The notes beneath the pieces are model-generated. The model was not told where the DNA came from and did no database searches. It saw only the letters and a list, made by a program, of their open reading frames with translations. 64,000 nucleotides of DNA from a bacterium (GTDB lineage: Bacteria > Electryoneota > JAOADG01), in contig OY820579.1 of the NCBI GenBank assembly GCA_963681965.1, forward strand, positions 1,799,379-1,863,378, written 5' to 3'. The stretch's first letter is position 1. Each line of letters begins with the position of its first letter. Of the stretch, positions 49,259 through 59,861 are shown piece by piece. Both the position numbers and the translations under genes were made by a program.

Positions 49259-49350
49259 GAAAATAAGTTGTTAACGGTAGTAGGGGCGGACCCCCGCGTC
49301 CGCCCGCAGGTCAGGCGTAGCCTGACACCGAATCATAACAACTTATTTTC
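49259..49350. repeat. 92-nt nested palindromic element: 15-bp outer stem enclosing two GC-rich hairpins
   Basis: gaaaataagttgtta (49259-49273) is the reverse complement of taacaacttattttc (49336-49350); inner stems gggcggac/gtccgccc and gtcaggc/gcctgac. Confidence 0.6.
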
Positions 49351-49373
49351 AAAAACCACTATATTTCTAAAAT

Positions 49374-49405
49374 AATAAATGGCAGGTTGACAACCTGCCA
49401 TTTAT
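49374..49405 (-). terminator. intrinsic terminator for cstA (perfect 12-bp palindrome aaatggcaggtt-gaca-aacctgccattt)
   Basis: Perfect 12-bp stem; on the minus strand it is followed by a U-rich TTATTATTTT tract. Confidence 0.7.
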
Positions 49406-49423
49406 CGTTCAATTATATCACTG

Positions 49424-51268
49424 CTAAGCTGCTTGAGCAGCACCTGGCGTCGTTTGTGGTGTGCCCCGTTTGAAAAATGTCTTCACTACCAGAATTACCA
49501 CGCCGATAGAGAGCAAAAGCATCGTAAGATCGGCAACGATTAACGCGTAATTTGCCTTCGCTAGATATTTCTGCAAGAGGATAATAAGCGATCCGAAGGT
49601 AGTTGCCAGCATGAATAGTGCTGGAATTAGTGTGAAGAAGAACTTCTTGCCGCGGGTTTTGAGCCAAGCTGAAACAGTTAACAACACTAGCGCTGCCAGC
49701 AATTGATTGGCGGTACCGAAAATCGGCCAAAGAGTACTGAATGCATTGGAATAAGCAAAGATCCACATCAGGATGACCGATAATCCCGAATTAAACCAAT
49801 AGTGCTTTAATAAATTTGGAACTTTGGTAAACACGATGCTCCACAATTCTTCGAAGAGATACCGGTTTAACCGAACTGCTGCGTCTAATGTCGTGATCAC
49901 GAAACCTTCGACCAATAAAATGCCGAATACTGTTCCCAATGCAATTGGAATCCCAAGCGCCTTATTGAACAGAGTACCTGCCGCTAATGAGAAACCCAGA
50001 ATGGGATTCGATTTTACTGCTGGATCGGTCGGCCACACAATCGATTTATAATCGTTGAAGTTGATTGCCGATGCAACAGCGATCAACACGCAGATTGCCA
50101 ACATCGACTCGAGAAGCATTGCATTAAAACCAACTTTTCGCGCATCGCATTCGTTGGAAAGTTGCTTACCGGTTGTTCCCCCTGCAATCATCGAGTGAAA
50201 TCCCGAGATCGCGCCGCAAGCAATCGTGATAAACATCATCGGCCAAAGGTACCCTAAGTTTTTGGTTCCTTCCGCTAAATTTAACGATGGTGCTTGCACC
50301 TCCAGACCGCCGATACCAGAGACAATGACTGAGACCGCCATCAATAAAATACCACCATACAGAATCTGGACATTGATGAAGTCGCGCGGTTGTAGTACCA
50401 GCCAGACTGGAATTCCAGCAGCAATCAATACATAGATAGACATGATAATCATCCACACTTCAGGAGTGAGGACAACCGGATAAGCAATTCCAATCAATAC
50501 CGAGAGGATGCAAATCACCGATGCTAGCAGATATGCGGGTAGTTGCTTCATCCCGCGTCGGAAGATCAGCCAACCGAGCAGAGGGGCAGTAAGCGTTATG
50601 ATAATTACTGACGTCGATGCAATACCACCAATACGTCCGCGAACCTCTTCTTTTTCGATGAACGCACCTTCCGTCTTACCAACTTCGTGCCCTTCGACAA
50701 CGGTTCCTTCTGTCTGATTGACGGGAATTTTAACTTTCACTGTTTCAGTGTGAAGAATTTTTGTCGCTTCGATACCGCCTAGTTTGTCAATCGGCCATTT
50801 CGACGTTAATGAGATCGCAGTTGCCGAGAGAAACGCCGAAGTAACGAGGACGATCATCACGATTGTCAGTGAAATGAACAACGTAAAACTGGTTTTCCCG
50901 AGAGATCGTCGAGCTACTTCCGCCATCGATTTTCCACCCTCGCGAATCGAAATAAAAAGCGAAGTGAAATCGTGTACGGCTCCAATCAAAACGCCACCAA
51001 CGATAATCCACAACCATGCAGGAATGAAACCGTATAGCAACGCCATGGTTGGTCCCAATATTGGACCTGCACCGGCAATTGCCGAAAAGTGATGTGCAAA
51101 TACGACGAATCGTTTGGTCGGGACGTAATCGCGTCCATCGTTAAATTCTACCGCTGGAGTTTTTCGGGTGGGATCTTCTCCCAAGGCTTTGGCGATATAC
51201 CTCGCATAGAAGCGGATTGCTAGAGCAAAGATTATGACTGCAATTGTAAGGAAAATTAAAATGTTCAT
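49424..51268 (-). CDS. cstA: carbon starvation protein A
   Basis: MNILIFLTIAVIIFALAIRFYARYIAKALGEDPTR...FAHHFSAIAGAGPI canonical CstA; 614 aa. Confidence 0.9.
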   Translation of the reverse strand: MNILIFLTIAVIIFALAIRFYARYIAKALGEDPTRKTPAVEFNDGRDYVPTKRFVVFAHHFSAIAGAGPILGPTMALLYGFIPAWLWIIVGGVLIGAVHDFTSLFISIREGGKSMAEVARRSLGKTSFTLFISLTIVMIVLVTSAFLSATAISLTSKWPIDKLGGIEATKILHTETVKVKIPVNQTEGTVVEGHEVGKTEGAFIEKEEVRGRIGGIASTSVIIITLTAPLLGWLIFRRGMKQLPAYLLASVICILSVLIGIAYPVVLTPEVWMIIMSIYVLIAAGIPVWLVLQPRDFINVQILYGGILLMAVSVIVSGIGGLEVQAPSLNLAEGTKNLGYLWPMMFITIACGAISGFHSMIAGGTTGKQLSNECDARKVGFNAMLLESMLAICVLIAVASAINFNDYKSIVWPTDPAVKSNPILGFSLAAGTLFNKALGIPIALGTVFGILLVEGFVITTLDAAVRLNRYLFEELWSIVFTKVPNLLKHYWFNSGLSVILMWIFAYSNAFSTLWPIFGTANQLLAALVLLTVSAWLKTRGKKFFFTLIPALFMLATTFGSLIILLQKYLAKANYALIVADLTMLLLSIGVVILVVKTFFKRGTPQTTPGAAQAA

Positions 51269-51505
51269 CGATCACCTATCATCGGTTAACGAATAGACTA
51301 ATTGTTGTAAACAAAATCGTCCTCAGTATAATGTGGAGCGAGAGAAGCCGTATACAATGTGGTTACTGGGAACCTGTGCTGTCAAGGATTTATCAAAAAT
51401 TCTCTATTATTTAGTGGATTGTATAATTTGATCAAACCGGATTTTCGAGTTGATCTCTCATAAAAACACTCAAAATCACCGAAGAAGAAAAGCGGCTATT
51501 CAGAA

Positions 51506-52405
51506 TCACTTGACATAGTGCAACTCGTCAACATGTTGTATCCACACCGGCACTCGACTTTTATGTAACAGCCGCTCGGTAGTAGATCCAAGAATCCATA
51601 ATTCAAGTTTTTTATGTCGATGAGGACCAACTACTACCAAATCGATGTTAAATTCGTCGACCACTTCTAAAATTTGATGAGTTGGTTCACCCTCTGTAAC
51701 AATAATCTCAAACGGCAATGATTTCGGGATATACTGATCTGCCATATCGCTGATTTTGCTCTTCGCTTGTTCCATCGATTCCGATTCTACCGCCATAATC
51801 GGATCGGTATTCAATGGAGTGAATGGCACTAGTAGTGACATTTCCACTGAATGGAGCAAAAATAGTTTTGAGTGCCACATCTCTGCCAATTCAACTGCTT
51901 GTTGCAAACCTGCCAGCGAGGTTTCAGTGAAATCCAGAGCAACCAGGATATTTTGCGGTACTCGAGCCTCCGCCAATAAGGGATCGTTCCCCCGTCCAAC
52001 TGCCAATAACGGTTTTCGAAGTTCATGAATCATCGATTCAGTTACCGAACCCAGTAGAAAAGCCGAGATCCCACTCCGCCCGTGAGTTCCCATAATGATT
52101 AGATCGACGTCTTCTTCCGCTGCCGATTCCAAGATTGCATGGCTGATACTATCATCAGTGATAGAGAAACACTCACAGAGGATTTCGCGAGTAGGAGTTC
52201 GATTTAGCACATTGCTGACAATATTGATTGCTTCTTGAACAAATTCGTTCAATAATTGATTGCGATTGGATTGATTCGAACCAGTTTGTACGATCGTGAT
52301 GGCGCGAATAAGCGAATTCGTGTGATAGGCGATTGCAGCCGCGTAACGAGCAGCACGTGCCGAAGGTTCGGAAAAATCGATCGGAAGCAATATTGTTCGC
52401 AACAT
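51506..52405 (-). CDS. universal stress protein (tandem UspA domains)
   Basis: Two Usp domains (ILLPIDFSE...; ILVALDFTE...) each with a G-x-HG-x-S ATP-binding-like motif. Confidence 0.75.
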   Translation of the reverse strand: MLRTILLPIDFSEPSARAARYAAAIAYHTNSLIRAITIVQTGSNQSNRNQLLNEFVQEAINIVSNVLNRTPTREILCECFSITDDSISHAILESAAEEDVDLIIMGTHGRSGISAFLLGSVTESMIHELRKPLLAVGRGNDPLLAEARVPQNILVALDFTETSLAGLQQAVELAEMWHSKLFLLHSVEMSLLVPFTPLNTDPIMAVESESMEQAKSKISDMADQYIPKSLPFEIIVTEGEPTHQILEVVDEFNIDLVVVGPHRHKKLELWILGSTTERLLHKSRVPVWIQHVDELHYVK

Positions 52406-52465
52406 TTGTCCCCCAGAATGCTAACTAAACGTATTTGAGATTGACCGTTGGAACTTGAGGTAAGG

Positions 52466-53185
52466 ATGAATCGTAAAAAATCAGTTGATCTTAAATTGAA
52501 ATCACATAGTGACAGTTGTAAATCGAGTAATACATCACTGAATATAAATTCAGATTTGGAGAGAACGGAGCGGATTCTGTCTCTTCTCGTAAGTCATTAT
52601 CAAACAACAGAATGCGCTTTAGTTTTCGATACTCCGTATCAACTGCTTGTCGCGACGATCTTATCGGCGCAGTGTACCGATATCATGGTCAATAAAACAA
52701 CCCCGGCACTGTTTACAATCGCACCGACTCCCGGTAAAATGGTGAAATTGTCGCAATCGAAACTTGAAACAATTATTCACGCCACAGGATTTTACTCAAA
52801 TAAAGCCCGAAATATCCTGGCAATGTCGCGATTACTGCTTGACCAGTTCAATGGTGAAATTCCTCGCTCGATGGCAGAACTAATTCAATTACCCGGTGTC
52901 GGTAGAAAAACGGCATCCGTTGTTTTAGGTGTCGCATTCGGAATCAGCGAAGGTATTGTAGTTGACACGCATGTTGGTCGAATCTCCCGGAGATTAGGAT
53001 GGACACATTGGGATGATGCAACTAAGATCGAGCAGGATTTAATGAAAATCATCCCGCAGGATCAGTGGATCGATTTCTCACACCGGATTATTCACCATGG
53101 TCGAACGCTATGTAACGCTCGAAAGCCGGATTGTGCCAATTGCTTTCTTGTTGAATTGTGTCCTTATCCTAGTTCAATTCAGTGA
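52466..53185 (+). CDS. nth: endonuclease III
   Basis: GAGGT RBS; HhH-GPD LPGVGRKTA; 4Fe-4S motif CNARKPDCANC; ~45-aa S/K-rich N-terminal extension. Confidence 0.8.
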   Translation: MNRKKSVDLKLKSHSDSCKSSNTSLNINSDLERTERILSLLVSHYQTTECALVFDTPYQLLVATILSAQCTDIMVNKTTPALFTIAPTPGKMVKLSQSKLETIIHATGFYSNKARNILAMSRLLLDQFNGEIPRSMAELIQLPGVGRKTASVVLGVAFGISEGIVVDTHVGRISRRLGWTHWDDATKIEQDLMKIIPQDQWIDFSHRIIHHGRTLCNARKPDCANCFLVELCPYPSSIQ

Positions 53186-53191
53186 TTCAAT

Positions 53192-55381
53192 TTAGGACAG
53201 AAACAGCATTTCCTGATATTTCGGTAACGACCATAATTCATCGTCGACAATCACTTCCAACCGATCTGCAATATCGCGTGCAGCAGTCATGGCTGGTCGA
53301 ACCTCTTCTTGGAACAATCGCGCGCACTCGCGCAGATTTTCCTTCGACTGGATCGCATTATTGAGTTTCACATCGAGGATATCAAGTGCTGTGAGAAACT
53401 CTTCTAGATTGTTCGCGACTTCGATTAAGAGTGAGGTTTGTTTTGTTGCTCTGAAATCACTCAGTATCGATGTTATGTGTTGAATGGATTTTGCCAGTCT
53501 GCTTTGATAAGTAACCACTGCCGGTACGATCTGAGTCTTTCCCATTTGAACGACTAGTGTAGCTTCGATCTGAAGTGTCTTCACGAAAGCTTCGAGATCG
53601 ATATGAAATCGGCTTTCCAATTCCTCTTTCGTTAAAACACGGTGCTTCTCGAATAGTTCTACCGCTTTGTCGGTTATAAACGCCGGAGCTGCTTCGATAG
53701 TATTTCGTAAGTTTGGTAATCCCCTGCGTGCAGCCTCTTCGTGCCAAGCAATTGAGTAACCATCGCCATCGAAAATGATCGCTTGGTGATGGGTGAACAG
53801 TTCCCTGACAATTTCCTGAACTGACTCGAGAAAGTCCCGTCCTTCTGCATTCTTAATCTCAATACTATCGGCGATGAATTGAAACGAATCTGCCACGATC
53901 GTATTCAAAGCCATATTGGCGGTCGCAACCGATTGCGATGATCCCACAGCACGAAATTCGAATTTGTTGCCGGTAAATGCGAAAGGTGAAGTGCGATTGC
54001 GATCGCTATCGTGAGCAGGGAGGGGGGGGAGCATTGCAACCCCGATATCGAGATAGTCTTTTGGAACATTCTTTGACGACTTACCGGTAATGATAGCATG
54101 TACAACTTGATTCAGCATTTCACCGAGATAGATACTGATGATTGCCGGAGGTGCTTCGTTAGCCCCAAGTCGATGATCGTTTGCTGGCGATGCAATCGCT
54201 GCTCGAAGGATATCGGCATGTAAATGAACGGCTCGCATTACTGCAGCAAGTACTACCAGGAATTGAGCATTGCTCTGCGGAGTGTTACCCGGATCAACCA
54301 GATTGTGACCTTCATTATCCTGAAGCGACCAATTATTATGTTTACCACTACCGTTGATTCGAGCAAATGGTTTTTCGTGTAATAGACATTCGAAACCGTG
54401 GCGGTGAGCAACAGTCTTCATCACTGACATCGTCACCATATTGTGGTCGGTTGCTAGATTCATTTCCTCATACAACGGGGCAATTTCAAATTGCATCGGC
54501 GCGACTTCGTTATGTCGTGTGTTGACTGGAATACCGAGTTTGTAAAGTTCAAGTTCCAAATCTTGCATATATGCCAGAACGCGCTCTTTGATTGCACCGA
54601 AATAATGATCCTCTAATTCCTGTCCTTTCGGCGGTTTTGCACCGTAAAGTGTTCGACCGACTGCGACCAAATCGGGTCGTTGAACAAAAAAAGTTCGATC
54701 GATCAAAAAGTACTCTTGCTCACACCCTAAATTAGCGTAAACCCTGTTAGCAGTATTGTTGCCGAATAACCGTAAGATGCGTAATGCTTGATTGTTCAGG
54801 GCTGATAACGACCGTAGCAATGGTGTTTTCTTATCGAGTGAATGACCACCCCATCCAATGAATACTGAGGGGATGCAGAGCGTTTTTCCATTCAAACCTT
54901 CCATGATAAATGCCGGACTGGTCGGATCCCATCCAGTGTAACCACGGGCTTCGAAAGTGGAACGAATTCCTCCCGAAGGAAAGCTTGAGGCATCCGGTTC
55001 GCCGCGCATCAGATCTTTGCCGGAAAATTCGGAAATTACACCGCCACCACCGATTGGGGTCAAGAACGCCTGGTGTTTTTCCGCAGTTGCACCGGTAAGA
55101 GGATGGAACCAATGAGAATAGTGTGAAGCACCATGTGACAACGCCCAGTCTTTCATCGTAGATGCAATGACGTCCGCAGTGGCAGGATCCAGCATTGCCC
55201 CTTCTTCGATGATACTTTTCATGTGATCGTAAATCGGGCGAGGAAGGATCGAACGCATCGTCGCTAGTGAAAAAACATTAGTACCAAACAATTCATTCGG
55301 TATCGAAATGGTATTCATCGGTCGAACCCATTCCGAATGCTCTTGGTTAATTGATACTCGATGATGTCGTGTAGAACCCAT
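53192..55381 (-). CDS. glnN: glutamine synthetase type III
   Basis: 729 aa; typical GSIII length and sequence. Confidence 0.85.
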   Translation of the reverse strand: MGSTRHHRVSINQEHSEWVRPMNTISIPNELFGTNVFSLATMRSILPRPIYDHMKSIIEEGAMLDPATADVIASTMKDWALSHGASHYSHWFHPLTGATAEKHQAFLTPIGGGGVISEFSGKDLMRGEPDASSFPSGGIRSTFEARGYTGWDPTSPAFIMEGLNGKTLCIPSVFIGWGGHSLDKKTPLLRSLSALNNQALRILRLFGNNTANRVYANLGCEQEYFLIDRTFFVQRPDLVAVGRTLYGAKPPKGQELEDHYFGAIKERVLAYMQDLELELYKLGIPVNTRHNEVAPMQFEIAPLYEEMNLATDHNMVTMSVMKTVAHRHGFECLLHEKPFARINGSGKHNNWSLQDNEGHNLVDPGNTPQSNAQFLVVLAAVMRAVHLHADILRAAIASPANDHRLGANEAPPAIISIYLGEMLNQVVHAIITGKSSKNVPKDYLDIGVAMLPPLPAHDSDRNRTSPFAFTGNKFEFRAVGSSQSVATANMALNTIVADSFQFIADSIEIKNAEGRDFLESVQEIVRELFTHHQAIIFDGDGYSIAWHEEAARRGLPNLRNTIEAAPAFITDKAVELFEKHRVLTKEELESRFHIDLEAFVKTLQIEATLVVQMGKTQIVPAVVTYQSRLAKSIQHITSILSDFRATKQTSLLIEVANNLEEFLTALDILDVKLNNAIQSKENLRECARLFQEEVRPAMTAARDIADRLEVIVDDELWSLPKYQEMLFLS

Positions 55382-55599
55382 GTTTACCTCTATCGATTTA
55401 AGTAGATTTTCTAGATAATATGATTTCGTGTTCTGTTATAGAGTACGAGAAGAATAATTTGGGTTGTACTTTTAGCTGTAAGTTTGTGAATATTTAGTCA
55501 AACTACCCATTTCCAATCCTTATCGATTAATATCAGCATTTTCATATTCCCCACATTTCGTGTAAATTGTTGCTAATGATTGATAAGATGGGATTCGAA

Positions 55600-56280
55600 A
55601 TGAATGCACTGATTATTTTAGGTAGTCCTAGTGGTTTGGATTCGGCATCGGCTCGATTGGCATTGAATTTTGCCAACGGGTTAAAAGATGGCGATTATGA
55701 AGTGAACGTCGAAGTATTGGCAGACAAGCCGATAAACCATTGTCGCGGATGTAAAGCCTGCTGGCTTAATTCACCTGAAAAATGTGCTCAATCCGACGAA
55801 ATGACTAAAATCCTCGGTTTGATGCGAACTGCCGATCTGATTGTATTAGCGACACCGTTGTACTATTTCAGTGTGCCCGGTCGGGTTAAAGATTTTATCG
55901 ATCGTCAACTTCCACTCAATTATGGGTCTTTCCTCAAAGCGATCGGGAAGATACCACTCGATACACCTGTCTGGCCTGAACAGAAAAAAATCATATTGAT
56001 TTCGCCTTGTGGATTTCCCGGTGAAAACAACTTTGATGCACTGACGTTAATGATGAAAAAGATTTACGGTAGTGCTTTCGTTGAACAATTTCTGGTGCCC
56101 TCTGCTGGATCGCTATCAAACGATCACGATCAATCAAAACACCAAGAAATTTATCAACTTATGCGGAGTGTTGGGACTGAATTTGCGAAACATGGTGCGA
56201 TCTCGCCAGCATCTCGAGACCAATTTGGTCGAACAATTGCCACATTGAGTGTAAATCGAATGGTAAATCTCCCTGCGTAA
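55600..56280 (+). CDS. flavodoxin-like fold NAD(P)H-dependent FMN reductase / iron-sulfur flavoprotein family
   Basis: ALIILGSPSG...LIVLATPLYYFSVPGRVKDFIDR; Cys motif CRGCKAC. Confidence 0.6.
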   Translation: MNALIILGSPSGLDSASARLALNFANGLKDGDYEVNVEVLADKPINHCRGCKACWLNSPEKCAQSDEMTKILGLMRTADLIVLATPLYYFSVPGRVKDFIDRQLPLNYGSFLKAIGKIPLDTPVWPEQKKIILISPCGFPGENNFDALTLMMKKIYGSAFVEQFLVPSAGSLSNDHDQSKHQEIYQLMRSVGTEFAKHGAISPASRDQFGRTIATLSVNRMVNLPA

Positions 56281-56464
56281 TTCGTACTGTATTTCACACT
56301 CTAAATATTTACGTATAACCTAATTGGAAATCGTGTCGCAATTGCGATAATCACTGAGTGATCTGCGGATCTCCTCACTGAGTAGTCTCGACTCAAGTTT
56401 GAGATCACAATTCATTAGCATTACCTTTAAGACTATTGATTCCCTATAAAACGAGGAGTTATTG

Positions 56465-58399
56465 ATGGGTTTGAATTTAACTCAAAAGATTGTAAAAGAA
56501 CATTTAATCGAAGGGGACTGGACAAAACCGGGATCTCCTATTGCGATTCGAATCGATCAGACCTTAACACAGGATGCCACCGGAACGATGGCATATTTGC
56601 AATTTGAAGCCCTTGATCTTCCCCGAGTCAAGACTGAAGTTTCGGTCAGTTATGTCGACCACAATATGCTTCAATCCGGCTTTGAAAATGCCGATGACCA
56701 TCAATTTCTGCAGGATATTGCTGCCAAGTTCGGACTCTACTTTTCCAAACCCGGCAACGGCATTTGCCATCAAGTACATCTTGAACGTTTCGGACGTCCC
56801 GGTGGAACGCTGCTTGGCTCCGATAGCCATACTCCCACAAACGGTGGTATCGGAATGATGGCGATGGGTGCCGGTGGTCTTGATGTCGCACTCGCAATGG
56901 CGGGAGTACCCTTCCGTTTAAATATGCCGAAAGTTGTAAAAGTACATTTAGTTGGTCAACTTCGCCCATTCGTGAGCGCTAAAGACATTATTCTCGAAGT
57001 ACTTCGTCGATTAACTGTAAAAGGTGGTGTCGGCAAGGTCGTTGAATATGTGGGCGAAGGGGTCAAGTCGTTAGGGGTTCCGGAACGATCAACGATTACA
57101 AATATGGGAGCGGAATTAGGAGCAACCTGTTCAATTTTCCCATCCGACGATGTTACACTCGATTTCCTACGTCGGCAGAAGCGTGAAAATATGTGGCGCG
57201 AACTCCTTCCTGATCCCGATGCCACGTACGATGAGATGATCGAAATCGATCTGTCCACTCTTGATTGCTTGATTGCCTGCCCGCACATGCCGGACAATGT
57301 AAAAACTGTCCGCGAAGTCGCCGGAAAATTAGCCGATCAAGTAGCCATCGGTAGTTGCACCAATAGTTCTTATCGCGATCTAATGACGGTATCGGAAATG
57401 CTGAAGGGCAAGTACGTACACAACCGCGTTAGTGCTGCACTGTTCCCGGGTTCGCGTCAACTTCTCAATCAAATCGTTTTGAATGGCGCGATCGGTCCGA
57501 TTGTTCAATCCGGATTCCGTATCATGGAAAGCGCTTGCGGCGCTTGTATCGGAATGGGTTTCGCACCGCCGTCGGGTGGTGTTACCGTTCGAACATTCAA
57601 CCGCAATTTCGAAGGTCGTACTGGAACGAAGTTCTCATTTGCTTATCTTGCCAGTCCGGAAGTTGCGACTGCCACTGCGATTGCTGGCGAGATTACCGAT
57701 CCACGCGATTTGAATTTCGGGAAAATCCAATTCGCATTTCCGGAAACGTTCTTTATCGACGATAGCAACATCGTTAAGCCGCTTCCGCAAGAAGCTGCCA
57801 GTTCGATTACTGTCCGCCGCGGTCCCAATATTCAACCGCTTCCAGTGAAGGATCAGATGCCGGTGAAACTATCCGGATCGGTTCTACTGAAAGTCGGCGA
57901 CAATATTACCACCGATCATATTATGCCAGCTGGTGCGAAAGTACTTCCGTTGCGATCGAATATTCCCAAGATCGCCGAATACGTATTTGAGATCGTCGAT
58001 CCGACGTTCCCGAAGCGTGCCAAAGAAGCCGGCGGTGGTTTTATTGTTGGTGGCAATAACTACGGGCAGGGATCCAGCCGCGAACATGCAGCGTTAGCAC
58101 CGATGTATTTGGGTGTGAAAGCTGTGTTGGTGAAAAATTTCGCTCGAATTCATTTAGCGAATTTAATCAATTTCGGCATCCTTCCGTTATTCTTTGCCAA
58201 CGAAGCCGATTATGATCGTATCGAACAGGGCGACGCATTGGAAATCGATACCACGAAGCTAGCTCTTGATGCGCCGCTAACCGTCAAGAACGTTACCAAA
58301 CAAGAAGCGTATGAAGTACGACATCCTTTGAAGGAACAACGGCAGATCGACGTATTGAAAGCCGGCGGGACGCTGAGTTACATCAAATCGCAGAAGTAA
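56465..58399 (+). CDS. acn: aconitate hydratase (short ~645-aa Aquifex-type aconitase)
   Basis: GAGGAG RBS; IDQTLTQDATGTMA; Fe-S ligand cysteines (SCTNSS, ACGACIG); fused swivel domain. Confidence 0.8.
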   Translation: MGLNLTQKIVKEHLIEGDWTKPGSPIAIRIDQTLTQDATGTMAYLQFEALDLPRVKTEVSVSYVDHNMLQSGFENADDHQFLQDIAAKFGLYFSKPGNGICHQVHLERFGRPGGTLLGSDSHTPTNGGIGMMAMGAGGLDVALAMAGVPFRLNMPKVVKVHLVGQLRPFVSAKDIILEVLRRLTVKGGVGKVVEYVGEGVKSLGVPERSTITNMGAELGATCSIFPSDDVTLDFLRRQKRENMWRELLPDPDATYDEMIEIDLSTLDCLIACPHMPDNVKTVREVAGKLADQVAIGSCTNSSYRDLMTVSEMLKGKYVHNRVSAALFPGSRQLLNQIVLNGAIGPIVQSGFRIMESACGACIGMGFAPPSGGVTVRTFNRNFEGRTGTKFSFAYLASPEVATATAIAGEITDPRDLNFGKIQFAFPETFFIDDSNIVKPLPQEAASSITVRRGPNIQPLPVKDQMPVKLSGSVLLKVGDNITTDHIMPAGAKVLPLRSNIPKIAEYVFEIVDPTFPKRAKEAGGGFIVGGNNYGQGSSREHAALAPMYLGVKAVLVKNFARIHLANLINFGILPLFFANEADYDRIEQGDALEIDTTKLALDAPLTVKNVTKQEAYEVRHPLKEQRQIDVLKAGGTLSYIKSQK

Positions 58400-58410
58400 A
58401 AAATTAGATC

Positions 58411-58446
58411 GGGATGTAGAGGTTCAATCTACATCCCGAATTTTCA
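58411..58446 (+). terminator. hairpin (gggatgtaga-ggttcaa-tctacatccc) after acn
   Basis: Perfect 10-bp stem; short TTTTC tract. Confidence 0.5.
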
Positions 58447-58537
58447 CAACTACGACTTCAGGAAAACGCCTGCGTCCAATTATTCAACTTTTTTACCGGC
58501 TCGATTGAGCCAATCGTTTACCATTACAGAGGGAAGT

Positions 58538-59788
58538 ATGGCAACCTACGATAAAATCACACCGCCGAAGGGCGAATCAATCAAAGTCGTGGACGGCAAC
58601 CTCGTCGTTCCTGACAATCCAATCATTCCGTTTATCGCTGGCGACGGTACTGGACGCGATATCTGGAAAGCGTCAGTTCGAGTGTTCGATGCGGCTGTGG
58701 AAAAAGTATTTGGAAGCAGCAAGAAAATTTCTTGGTTCAAAGTATATGCCGGAGAAGAAGCTGTCGATTTTTACGGCAAAGATGTTTGGCTGCCGGACGA
58801 TACACTTCGCGCAATTGAACAGTATTATGTCGCGATCAAAGGTCCGTTAACTACACCAGTCGGTGGTGGTATTCGATCGTTAAACGTTTCTTTGCGTCAA
58901 TTATTGAATCTGTATGCCTGTGTGCGCCCGGTGCGCTGGTTTACCGGTGTTCCATCGCCGGTGAAACGTCCAGACTTACTGAATATCGTTTTGTTCCGTG
59001 AAAATACCGAAGATGTCTATTCCGGAATCGAATGGCAAAAAGGCTCGCCGGAAGTTCAGAAAGTGTGGGAATTTTTGACCCGGGAAATGGGTAAAAAGAT
59101 TCGTCCCGATTCCGGTATCGGTATTAAACCGATCAGCGAGACCGGTTCGAAACAACTCATTCGCAAAGCACTCAAGTATGCAATCGCGAAGAAATTGCCG
59201 TCGGTAACTTTGGTTCACAAAGGCAACATTATGAAGTATACGGAAGGTGCCTTCCGTGATTGGGGTTATGAACTCGCGCGACAAGAATTTGCCAGCAAGG
59301 TTATCACTGAAGACGATGTCTGGGCGAAATACGATGGTAAAACACCGGAAGGTATGGTAATGCTGAAAGACCGTATTGCCGATTCAATCTTCCAGCAGTT
59401 GCTGTTGCGTCCCGACGAATACAGCGTACTTGCGACTCCAAACCTGAATGGCGATTACTTGTCCGATGCCGCAGCCGCTCAAGTTGGCGGTCTTGGATTG
59501 GCGCCGGGTGCGAACATTGGCGATTTCCACGGTTTGTTCGAAGCGACTCACGGTACTGCTCCGAAATATGCCGATAAAGATATGATTAATCCCGGCGCTG
59601 TCATCCTAGCTGGTGTCATGATGTTTGAGCACCTCGGATGGGATCAAGTTGCCAAGAGCATCATCATCGGTATCGAACGAGCCATCGAACAAAAGACCGT
59701 TACTTACGATCTAGCACGTCAGATGGAAGGTGCCACCAAGGTTGGTACTGCGGCATTTGGCGATGCCATTATTAAGAATTTAGGGTAA
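58538..59788 (+). CDS. icd: NADP-dependent isocitrate dehydrogenase
   Basis: GAGGGAAG RBS; [20 protein letters not shown] aligns with the E. coli Icd N-terminus; 416 aa. Confidence 0.9.
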   Translation: MATYDKITPPKGESIKVVDGNLVVPDNPIIPFIAGDGTGRDIWKASVRVFDAAVEKVFGSSKKISWFKVYAGEEAVDFYGKDVWLPDDTLRAIEQYYVAIKGPLTTPVGGGIRSLNVSLRQLLNLYACVRPVRWFTGVPSPVKRPDLLNIVLFRENTEDVYSGIEWQKGSPEVQKVWEFLTREMGKKIRPDSGIGIKPISETGSKQLIRKALKYAIAKKLPSVTLVHKGNIMKYTEGAFRDWGYELARQEFASKVITEDDVWAKYDGKTPEGMVMLKDRIADSIFQQLLLRPDEYSVLATPNLNGDYLSDAAAAQVGGLGLAPGANIGDFHGLFEATHGTAPKYADKDMINPGAVILAGVMMFEHLGWDQVAKSIIIGIERAIEQKTVTYDLARQMEGATKVGTAAFGDAIIKNLG

Positions 59789-59831
59789 TTCTTTAATTCC
59801 TGGCTTATTAGATCAGTTTTTTCTGGATTCG

Positions 59832-59861
59832 AAAAGGGCGTAGCGATACGCCCTTTTCGTT
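59832..59861 (+). terminator. intrinsic terminator after icd
   Basis: aagggcgta-gcga-tacgccctt followed by TTTCGTT. Confidence 0.65.

Noticed and set aside
55567-55599. Upstream ATGs (55567, 55588) for the flavodoxin-like gene.
   Set aside because: Family members start directly with the beta-strand (M)KALIILGSP. ATG 55600 was chosen, but the upstream starts cannot be excluded.
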